NCBI GenBank assembly: GCA_963514005.1
Contig: OY740810.1
Coordinates: 14,508,001 to 14,572,000 of the forward strand
Reading direction: 5' to 3'
Source of the DNA: Raja brachyura
Lineage: Eukaryota
Length of the DNA stretch: 64,000 nucleotides
Under the pieces are notes generated by a model. That model ran no database searches. It was given only the letters and a program-made list of their open reading frames with translations, and had not been told where the DNA came from. This document shows, piece after piece, positions 1 through 12,000 of this stretch. The translations under genes and the position numbers were made by a program. Numbering within the stretch: position 1 is the first letter of the stretch; every line of letters starts with the position of its first letter.

Positions 1-89
1 AATGACAATAGAAACAACTACAGGCAGCACAAGTGCATCCACAACAGAAGCTACCACCACCTTCACGACCGCACTACTTAGAGCCACTG
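1..89 (+). CDS. PTS exon, 5'-truncated by window edge (type B: MTIETTTGSTSASTTEATTTFTTALLRAT)
   Basis: Ends at CACTG|GTGAGT donor. Confidence 0.85.
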
Positions 90-3000
90 GTGAGTCCGGT
101 ATGCAAGAGTAATGCAAAATAAATATGTTCCTTACACATCCAGTAAATAAGAATCATTACAGAAGAACAAGTTAACATAGATTGGCCATGTGTATTCCAT
201 GGCATATACTGTTGGCATATCTTCTGTCAAAAACACCGCAGATTTATTTTCCAAAATCTTTAGTCCCTTGAAAACTAATGCGGTCTACTTTCCAGAATAC
301 TTAAGAAAATTATCATGATGATGTACAATAAAGCAAAATTGTAATTCAATACATTTTCTGTCCTAATGACACCAGTCTTTCAATTTATCTGAATCAAAAA
401 TCTCCACCTTTCCAGAAACCACTGTACCATCTACAAGTACAGAGGCAACTGCAACAGCTTCAATCACCACATCAGTTCCCACATCAGCGACAACAGAAAC
501 AACTACAGGCAGCACAAGTGCATCTACAACAGAAGCTACCACCACATTCACGACCACACCACTTACAACCACTGGTGAGTCCGGTATGCCAGAGTAATGC
601 AAAATAAATATATTCCTTACACGTCCAGTAAATACGAATCATTACAGAAGAACAAGTTAACATGGATTGGCCACGTGCGGTCCATGGCTTACACTGTTGC
701 ATATCTTCTGTCAAAAACACCACAGATTTTGTTTCCAAACTCTTTGGTCCCTTGAAAACAAATACTGCCTATTTCCCAGAGCATTCAATAAAATTATCAT
801 GTTGACATAAAAAAAAGCAGAATTGTATTTCAATACAATTTCTGTGCTCATGACACCAGTCTTTAAATTTAACTGAATCAAAAATCTTCACCCTTCCAGA
901 AACCACTGTACCATCTACTACAGAAGCTACTACAACAGCTTCAAGCACCACATCAGTTCCCACATCAATGACAATAGAAACAACTACAGGCAGCACAAGT
1001 GCATCCACAACAGAAGCTACCACCACCTTCACGACCGCACTACTTAGAGCCACTGGTGAGTCCGGTATGCAAGAGTAATGCAAAATAAATATGTTCCTTA
1101 CACATCCAGTAAATAAGAATCATTACAGAAGAACAAGTTAACATAGATTGGCCATGTGTATTCCATGGCATATACTGTTGGCATATCTTCTGTCAAAAAC
1201 ACCGCAGATTTATTTTCCAAAATCTTTAGTCCCTTGAAAACTAATGCGGTCTACTTTCCAGAATACTTAAGAAAATTATCATGCTGATGTACAATAATGC
1301 AAAATTGTAATTCAATACATTTTCTGTCCTAATGACACCAGTCTTTCAATTTATCTGAATCAAAAATCTCCACCTTTCCAGAAACCACTGTACCATCTAC
1401 AAGTACAGAGGCAACTGCAACAGCTTCAATCACCACATCAGTTCCCACATCAGCGACAACAGAAACAACTACAGGCAGCACAAGTGCATCTACAACAGAA
1501 GCTACCACCACCTTCACGACCACACCACTTACAACCACTGGTGAGTCCGGTATGCCAGAGTAATGCAAAATAAATATATTCCTTACACGTCCAGTAAATA
1601 CGAATCATTACAGAAGAACAAGTTAACATGGATTGGCCACGTGCGGTCCATGGCTTACACTGTTGCATATCTTCTGTCAAAAACACCACAGATTTTGTTT
1701 CCAAACTCTTTGGTCCCTTGAAAACAAATACTGCCTATTTCCCAGAGCATTCAATAAAATTATCACGTTGACATAAAAAAAAGCAGAATTGTATTTCAAT
1801 ACAATTTCTGTGCTCATGACACCAGTCTTTAAATTTAACTGAATCAAAAATCTTCACCTTTCCAGAAACCACTGTACCATCTACAAGTACAGAAGCTACT
1901 ACAACAGCTTCAAGCACCACATCAGTTCCAACATCAATGACAATAGAAACAACTACAGGCAGCACAAGTGCATCCACAACAGAAGCTACCACCACCTTCA
2001 CGACCGCACTACTTAGAGCCACTGGTGAGTCCGGTATGCAAGAGTAATGCAAAATAAATATGTTCCTTACACATCCAGTAAATAAGAATCATTACAGAAG
2101 AACAAGTTAACATAGATTGGCCATGTGTATTCCATGGCACATACTGTTGGCATATCTTCTGTCAAAAACACCGCAGATTTATTTTCCAAAATCTTTAGTC
2201 CCTTGAAAACTAATGCGGTCTACTTTCCAGAATACTTAAGAAAATTATCATGCTGATGTACAATAAAGCAAAATTGTAATTCAATACATTTTCTGTCCTA
2301 ATGACACCAGTCTTTCAATTTATCTGAATCAAAAATCTCCACCTTTCCAGAAACCACTGTACCATCTACAAGTACAGAGGCAACTACAACAGCTTCAAGC
2401 ACCACATCAGTTCCCACATCAACGACAACAGAAACAACTACAGGCAGCACAAGAGCATCTACAACAGAAGCTACCACCACATTCATGACCACACCACTTA
2501 CAACCACTGGTGAGTCCAGAATGCTACAGTAAGGGAATATAAATTTGTTCCTTACACATCCAGTGAACAAGAATCATTACAATAGAACAAGTTAACATGG
2601 ATTGCCCATGTGTGTTCCATGGCATATACTATAGCATATCTTCTGTCAAAAACACCACAGATTTTGTTTCCAAACACTTTGGTCTCTTGAAAACAAATGC
2701 GGCCTGCTTCCCAGAGCATTCAAGAAAATTATCACCTTGATATACAAAAAAGCAAAATTGTATTTCAATACATTTTCTGTCCTAATGACACCAGTCTTTC
2801 AATTCATCTGATTCAAAAATCTCCACCTTTCCAGAAACCACTGTACCATCTACAAGTACAGAGGCAACTGCAACAGCTTCAATCACCACATCAGTTCCCA
2901 CATCAGCGACAACAGAAACAACTACAGGCAGCACAAGTGCATCTACAACAGAAGCTACCACCACCTTCACGACCACACCACTTACAACCACTGGTGAGTC

Positions 3001-6000
3001 CGGTATGCCAGAGTAATGCAAAATAAATATATTCCTTACACGTCCAGTAAATACGAATCATTACAGAAGAACAAGTTAACATGGATTGGCCACGTGCGGT
3101 CCATGGCTTACACTGTTGCATATCTTCTGTCAAAAACACCACAGATTTTGTTTCCAAACTCTTTGGTCCCTTGAAAACAAATACTGCCTATTTCCCAGAG
3201 CATTCAATAAAATTATCACGTTGACATAAAAAAAAGCAGAATTGTATTTCAATACAATTTCTGTGCTCATGACACCAGTCTTTAAATTTAACTGAATCAA
3301 AAATCTTCACCTTTCCAGAAACCACTGTACCATCTACAAGTACAGAAGCTACTACAACAGCTTCAAGCACCACATCAGTTCCCACATCAATGACAATAGA
3401 AACAACTACAGGCAGCACAAGTGCATCCACAACAGAAGCTACCACCACCTTCACGACCGCACTACTTAGAGCCACTGGTGAGTCCGGTATGCAAGAGTAA
3501 TGCAAAATAAATATGTTCCTTACACATCCAGTAAATAAGAATCATTACAGAAGAACAAGTTAACATAGATTGGCCATGTGTATTCCATGGCATATACTGT
3601 TGGCATATCTTCTGTCAAAAACACCGCAGATTTATTTTCCAAAATCTTTAGTCCCTTGAAAACTAATGCGGTCTACTTTCCAGAATACTTAAGAATATTA
3701 TCATGCTGATGTACAATAAAGCAAAATTGTAATTCAATACATTTTCTGTCCTAATGACATCAGTCTTTCAATTTATCTGAATCAAAAATCTCCACCTTTC
3801 CAGAAACCACTGTACCATCTACAAGTACAGAGGCAACTGCAACAGCTTCAATCACCACATCAATTCCCACATCAACGACAATAGAAACAACCACAGGCAG
3901 CACAAGTGCATCTACAACAGAAGCTACCACCACCTTCACGACCACACCACTTACAACCACTGGTGAGTCCAGAATGCTACATTAGGGAAAATTATATGTG
4001 TTGCATACACATCCAGTGAACAAGAATCATTAAAATAAAACAAGTTAACATGGATTGGCGAGGTGGTTCCATGGCATATACTGTTGCATATCTTCTGACA
4101 AAAACACCACAGATTTTGTTTCCAAACACTTTGGTCCCTTGAAAACAATTGTGGCCTACTTCGCAGAGCATTCAATACAATTATCACGTTGATAACAAAA
4201 AAAAGCAAAATTGTATTTCAATACATTTTCTGCCCTAATGACACTAGTTTTTCAATTTGCCTGAATCAAAAATCTCCATCTTTCCAGAAACCACATCTAC
4301 AAGTACAGAGGCAACTACAACAGTTTCAAGCACCACATCAGTTCCCACATCAACGACAACAGAAACAACTACAGGCAGCACAAGTGCATCTACAACAGAA
4401 GCTACCACCACCTTCACTACCACACCGATTACAACCACTGGTGAGTCCAGAAAGCTACAGTAATGCAAAAATTAATATGTTCCTTACACATCCCGTGAAT
4501 AACAATGATTACAGTAGAACAAGTTAACACAGATTGGCCATGTGTGTTCCATGAAATATACTGTCACATATCCTCAGTCAAAATCACAACAGATTTTCTT
4601 TCCAAACTCTTTGGTCCCTTTAAAACAAATGCGGCCTATTTCCAGAGTATTCAATAAAATGATCACGTTGATATAAAAAAAAGCAAAATTGTATTTCAAT
4701 ACATTTTCTGCCCCAATGACACCAGTTTTTAAATTTGCCTGAATCAAAAATCTCCACCTTTCCAGAAACCACATCTACAAGTACAGAGGCAACTACAACA
4801 GTTTCAGGCACCACATCAGTTCCCACATCAACGACACCAGAAACAACTACAGGCAGCACAAGTGCATCTACAACAGAAGCTACCACCACCTTCACAACCA
4901 CACCAATTACAACCACTGGTGAGTCCAGAATGCAACATTAGGGAAAATTATATGTGTTGCTTACACATCCAGTGAACAAGAATCATTAAAATAGAAGAAG
5001 TGAACATGGATTGGCCATGTGTGTTCCATGGCATACTGTTGCATATATTCTGTCAAAAACACCACAGATTTTGTTTCCAAATTCTTTGGTTCCTTGAAAA
5101 CAAATGCGGCCTACTTCCCAGAGCATTCAATAAAATTATCACCTTGATATACAAAAAATAGTAAAATTGTATTTCAATACATTTTCTGCCCTAATGACAC
5201 CAGTCTTTAAATTTATCTGATTCAAAAATCTCCACCTTTCCAGAAACCACTGTACCATCTACAAGTACAGAGGCAACTACAACAGTTTCAAGCACCACAT
5301 CAGTTCCCACATCAACAACAACAGAAACAACAACAGGCAGCACAAGTGCATCTGCAACAGAAGCTACCACCACCTTCACGACCACACCACTTACAACCAC
5401 TGGTGAGTCCGGTATGCCAGAGTAATGCAAAATAAATATATTCCTTACACGTCCAGTAAATACGAATCATTACAGAAGAAAAAGTTAACATGGATTGGCC
5501 ACGTGCGGTCCATGGCTTACACTGTTGCATATCTTCTGTCAAAAACACCACAGATTTTGTTTCCAAACTCTTTGGTCCCTTGAAAACAAATACTGCCTAT
5601 TTCCCAGAGCATTCAATAAAATTATCACGTTGACATAAAAAAAAGCAGAATTGTATTTCAATACAATTTCTGTGCTCATGACACCAGTCTTTAAATTTAA
5701 CTGAATCAAAAATCTTCACCTTTCCAGAAACCACTGTACCATCTACAAGTACAGAAGCTACTACAACAGCTTCAAGCACCACATCAGTTCCCACATCAAT
5801 GACAATAGAAACAACTACAGGCAGCACAAGTGCATCCACAACAGAAGCTACCACCACCTTCACGACCGCACTACTTAGAGCCACTGGTGAGTCCGGTATG
5901 CAAGAGTAATGCAAAATAAATATGTTCCTTACACATCCAGTAAATAAGAATCATTACAGAAGAACAAGTTAACATAGATTGGCCATGTGTATTCCATGGC

Positions 6001-9000
6001 ATATACTGTTGGCATATCTTCTGTCAAAAACACCGCAGATTTATTTTCCAAAATCTTTAGTCCCTTGAAAACTAATGCGGTCTACTTTCCAGAATACTTA
6101 AGAAAATTATCATGCTGATGTACAATAAAGCAAAATTGTAATTCAATACATTTTCTGTCCTAATGACACCAGTCTTTCAATTTATCTGAATCAAAAATCT
6201 CCACCTTTCCAGAAACCACTGTACCATCTACAAGTACAGAGGCAACTGCAACAGCTTCAATCACCACATCAGTTCCCACATCAGCGACAACAGAAACAAC
6301 TACAGGCAGCACAAGTGCATCTACAACAGAAGCTACCACCACATTCACGACCACACCACTTACAACCACTGGTGAGTCCGGTATGCCAGAGTAATGCAAA
6401 ATAAATATATTCCTTACACGTCCAGTAAATACGAATCATTACAGAAGAACAAGTTAACATGGATTGGCCACGTGCGGTCCATGGCTTACACTGTTGCATA
6501 TCTTCTGTCAAAAACACCACAGATTTTGTTTCCAAACTCTTTGGTCCCTTGAAAACAAATACTGCCTATTTCCCAGAGTATTCAATAAAATTATCATGTT
6601 GACATAAAAAAAAGCAGAATTGTATTTCAATACAATTTCTGTGCTCATGACACCAGTCTTTAAATTTAACTGAACCAAAAATCTTCACCTTTCCAGAAAC
6701 CACTGTACCATCTACAAGTACAGAAGCTACTACAACAGCTTCAAGCACCACATCAGTTCCCACATCAATGACAATAGAAACAACTACAGGCAGCACAAGT
6801 GCATCCACAACAGAAGCTACCACCACCTTCACGACCGCACTACTTAGAGCCACTGGTGAGTCCGGTATGCAAGAGTAATGCAAAATAAATATGTTCCTTA
6901 CACATCCAGTAAATAAGAATCATTACAGAAGAACAAGTTAACATAGATTGGCCATGTGTATTCCATGGCATATACTGTTGGCATATCTTCTGTCAAAAAC
7001 ACCGCAGATTTATTTTCCAAAATCTTTAGTCCCTTGAAAACTAATGCGGTCTACTTTCCAGAATACTTAAGAATATTATCATGCTGATGTACAATAAAGC
7101 AAAATTGTAATTCAATACATTTTCTGTCCTAATGACATCAGTCTTTCAATTTATCTGAATCAAAAATCTCCACCTTTCCAGAAACCACTGTACCATCTAC
7201 AAGTACAGAGGCAACTACAACAGCTTCAAGCACCACATCAGTTCCCACATCAACGACAACAGAAACAACTACAGGCAGCACAAGAGCATCTACAACAGAA
7301 GCTACCACCACATTCATGACCACACCACTTACAACCACTGGTGAGTCCAGAATGCTACAGTAAGGGAATATAAATTTGTTCCTTACACATCCAGTGAACA
7401 AGAATCATTACAATAGAACAAGTTAACATGGATTGCCCATGTGTGTTCCATGGCATATACTATAGCATATCTTCTGTCAAAAACACCACAGATTTTGTTT
7501 CCAAACACTTTCATCTCTTGAAAACAAATGCGGCCTGCTTCCCAGAGCATTCAAGAAAATTATCACCTTGATATACAAAAAAGCAAAATTGTATTTCAAT
7601 ACATTTTCTGTCCTAATGACACCAGTCTTTCAATTCATCTGATTCAAAAATCTCCACCTTTCCAGAAACCACTGTACCATCTACAAGTACAGAGGCAACT
7701 GCAACAGCTTCAATCACCACATCAGTTCCCACATCAGCGACAACAGAAACAACTACAGGCAGCACAAGTGCATCTACAACAGAAGCTACCACCACCTTCA
7801 CGACCACACCACTTACAACCACTGGTGAGTCCGGTATGCCAGAGTAATGCAAAATAAATATATTCCTTACACGTCCAGTGAACAATAATCATTACAATAG
7901 AACAAGTTAACATAGATTGGCCATGTGTGTTCCGTGGCATATACTATTGCATATTTTCTGTCAAAAACACCACAGATTTTGATTCCAAACACTTTGGCCA
8001 CTTGAAAACAAACGTGGCCGACTTCCCAGAGCATTCCAGAAAATTATCACGTTGATATAAAAAAAAGCAAAATTTTGTTTCAATACATTTTCGGCCATAA
8101 TGACACCAGTCTTTAAATTTATCTGAATCAAAAATATCCACCTTTCCAGAAACCACTGTCCCATCTACAAGTACAGAGGCAACCACAACAGCTTCAAGCA
8201 CCACATCAGTTCCCACATCCACGACAATAGAAACAACTACAGGCAGCACAAGTGCATCTACAAGAGAAGCTACCACCACCTTCACGACCACACCACTCAC
8301 AACCACTGGTGAGCCCGGTATGCAAGAGTAATGCAAAATAAATATGTTCCTTGCACATCCAGTGAATATGAATCATTACAGAAGGACAAGTTAACATAGT
8401 TTGGCCTTGCGTGTTCCATGGAATATACTGTTGGCATATCTTCTGTCAAAAAACACCACAGATATTTTGTACAAATTCTTTGGTCCCTCTAAAACAAATG
8501 CGGTCTACATTCCAGAATATTTAAGAACATTATAATGTTGATACACAAATAAGCAAAATTGCAATTCAATACATTTTCTGCCCTCCTGACTTCTGTCTTT
8601 AAATTTGCCTGAATCAAAAATCTCCACCTTTCCAGAAACCACTGTACCATCTACAAGTACAGAGGCAACTACAACAGCTTCAATCACGACATCAGTTCCC
8701 ACATCAACGACAACAGAAACAACTACAGGCAGCACAAGTGCACCTACAACAGAAGCTACCACCACCTTCACGACCGCACCACTTACAACCACTGGTGAGT
8801 CAAGAATGCTACAGGAAGGCAAAAATAAAGTTGGTTCTCACACATCCAGTGAACAAGAATCATTACAATAGAACAAGTTAACATGGATTGGACATGTGTG
8901 TTCCGTGGCATATACTATTGCATATTTTCTGTCAAAAACACCACAGATTTTGATTCCAAACACTTTGGCCACTTGAAAACAAATCGCGGCCTACTTCCCA

Positions 9001-12000
9001 GAGCATTCTAGAAAATCATCACGTTGATATTAAAAAAAAGCAAAATTTTGTTTCAATACATTTAAGGCCATAATGACACCAGTCTTTAAATTTATCTGAA
9101 TCAAAAATCTCCACCTTTCCAGAAACCACTGTACCATCTACAAGTACAGAGGCAACCACAACAGCTTCAAGCACCACATCAGTTCCCACATCAACATCAA
9201 TAGAAACAACTACAGGCAGCACAAGTGCACCTACAACAGAAGCTACCACCACCTTCACGACCACACCACTTACAACCATCGGTGAGTCCAGAATGCTGCA
9301 GTTAGGCCAAATAAATTCAAAATAAATGTGTTCCTTGCACATCCAGTGTATAATAATCATTACAATAGAACAGGTTAACATGGATTGGCCATGTGTGTTG
9401 CATGGTATATACTGTTCCATATCTTCTGTCAAAAACACCACAGATGTTGTTGCCAAACTCTTTGGTCCCTTTGAAAACAAATGTGGCCTACTGCCCAGAA
9501 TATTCAAGAAAATGATCACGTTGATACAAAATAAATTGTCCTTCAATACAATTTCTACCCTAATGACTTGTGTTTAAATTCACCTGAATCAAAAATCTCC
9601 ACCTTTCCAGAAACCACTATACCATCTACAAGTACAGAGGCAACTGCAACAGCTTCAAGCACCACATCAAGTCAAGTTTTATTCTCACTTGCATATAACG
9701 TGCAGTGAAATTAATTTGCCAGTAGCGGTACAATAAAAAAAGAACACGCAATACACAATAAAAGATTTAACACAAACATCCACCATAGTGGTGGAAGGCA
9801 CAAACTTTGGTCTGTCCTCCTCCATTTTCCCCCGTGATCGTGACCACAACCCTCAGTCCCCACATGCTAGTCCAGAATGCTAGAGTAATGCAAAATAAAT
9901 GTGTTCCTTACACATCCAGTGAATAAGAATCATTACAATAGAACAATTTAACATTGATTGGCCAGAATATTTAAGAAAATTATACAATAAAAAGGCAAAA
10001 TTGTAGTTCAGTACATTTTCTGCCCTAATTACTTCATTTTCTGCCTTAAGGACACATACAAAAAGATGCAAAATTACAATTCAATGAATTACAAGATTCC
10101 AGTCTTTAAATTTACCTGTACCTAACATCTCCACATTTCCAGAAATCAGTGTACCAATAGAATAAGTTAACATGTATTCACCATATATACTCCATGACAA
10201 ATGCTGCTGGCACGTCTTCTGTCAAAAACTGCACTCGCGATGTTTCCAAATTCTTTGTTAACTTGAAAACACATGCGGCCTACTTCCCAGAATTATCAAG
10301 AAAATTATCACGTTGACACAAAAAAATGCAAAATCGTAGTTCAATGTATTTTCTCCCCGAAAGACTCCAGTCTTTAAATTTACTTGAACCTAAAATCTCC
10401 ACCTTTCCAGAAACCACTGTACCATCTACAAGCACAGAAGCAACTACAACAGCTTCAAGCACCACATCGGTTCCCATATCAGCGGCAATAGAAACAACTA
10501 CAGGCAGCTCAAGTGTATCTGCAACAGATGCTACCATCCGCTTCACGTCCACACCACTTACAACCACTGGTGAGTCCATTGTGCCAGAGTAATGCAAAAT
10601 AAATCAGTACCTTGCACATCCAGAGAATAAGAATCATTGCAAATCAAACAAGTTAACATGTGTATGCCATATGACCTATGCTGCTGGCATATCGTCTGTC
10701 AAAAACAGCATTTATGATGTTTCCAAATTATTTTGTCTTGAAAACACATGTGGTCAATAAGAAGCATAATTACTCCAACAACTTAACATGATGCCACATT
10801 ACCCTTTCTAAACATTGTGGACAATAGTTTTCTTTATTTTTTTTTACAACAAACAAATAGGCTCTTTGGCCCACCAAGTCCACGCTTACCATCGATCACG
10901 CATTCACACTGCTATGTTATCCCACATTCTCATCCACTCTCTACACACCCGTGGCAATTTATAAAATCCAATTAATCTACAAACCTGCACATCTTTGGGA
11001 TATGGGAGGAACCGGAGCATTCGAAGGAAACCCACAAAATTGCAGGGAAAAAGTGCGAACTCCATACAGACGGTACCTGAGGTCAGGGTCGAACCCAGGT
11101 CTCTGCACTTTGAGGCAGGAAGTCTGCTTATTGCACCACTGTTCCACCCTATATCTGCAAGTATACTTCCAATTATTTGACCAGACCATTGCATATTTAC
11201 CAGACTTTTCAACCAACTGTCACCTAGGAACACTAAACTGCAATTGCAGCTCAATGTATTTTCGCATGTTACCATCCCATCATTCAACTTGTCTCAACAT
11301 GCAATCTCCCATATTCTAGAAACAACTGAAACATCTTCCACGTCCATTCAAACTTCTACCAGTTTACAGGGATCAAGCTCAGCAACAACAGTGACCTCCA
11401 GTGAAGCAACTAACCCGATGACAGGTAAGAATAAAGTGAAATAGATTGATAGAGAGATTCTGCCAATTGCCGTGGGATTTTTGTCTAGAAGTCACATTTG
11501 TATAAAATCATTAAATATTTTCATGTCATTTAAAAATATACCGACGGTTTACAAATATATAATTCTGGGTCTAACCTGTGCTCTGGCGCTATTAAGCATC
11601 AGCACTAACCATGATCCATTGCGTGTCTCTCCCCCCCTCCCCCCTCCCCAGTCCCCCTGTCCCCCTGGCCCTCCTTCTCCCCCGTCTCCCCCCCCCCCCC
11701 CGCCCTGTCCCCGTCCCTCGTCCCCTTCGCCACCACACTGCCAAATTGGTGGAATGCACTACACAATCGACCCTGATCCGATGTGATCCCTAATTCATTT
11801 AAAAAGCTGAGCCTTATTTTACAGAGAGGGCGGGCTGCCAGTGGGCATATAAACCATTTTGAATGGAACTAAAAGCGGGTTGTTCTGTATGTTTCCCCAG
11901 TAAAATCAATGCATTGTTGGGATTGTAGGAGAATCAGACAAATTGGAACATGACTATTTAGGAAAGTTATTTTTGTTCAATTTGTTCAACTTTTGACATG

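Larger units (their letters stand above)
1..10740 (+). repeat. Tandem array of ~484-bp exon+intron units encoding the mucin PTS domain (about 23 units)
   Basis: TTCCAG|AAACCAC...CCACTG|GTGAG recurs every 478-488 bp. Introns of ~325 bp are also homologous. The array decays at 9.6-10.3 kb. Confidence 0.97.

Noticed and set aside
2697-7857. Gln/His-rich + strand ORFs (…LQVQRQLQQLQSPHQFPHQRQQKQ…) and Cys-rich minus ORFs
   Set aside because: They are alternative frames of the same PTS exons running into intron sequence, and are not consistent across units.
363-10597. Repeated minus-strand Val-rich ORFs (…VVVSGVVVKVVVASVVDALVLPVVV…) resembling membrane proteins
   Set aside because: They are antisense shadows of ACN/TCN-rich (Thr/Ser) exons. 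Splice signals and frame conservation are on the + strand.
11060-11143. tRNA gene (B-box GGTTCGACCC on minus strand)
   Set aside because: It is the tRNA-derived head of a SINE. No cloverleaf is evident and it continues into SINE body sequence.
11472-11793. Proline-rich ORFs (formin/extensin-like)
   Set aside because: Translation of a C-rich low-complexity intronic tract, with no convincing splice sites.
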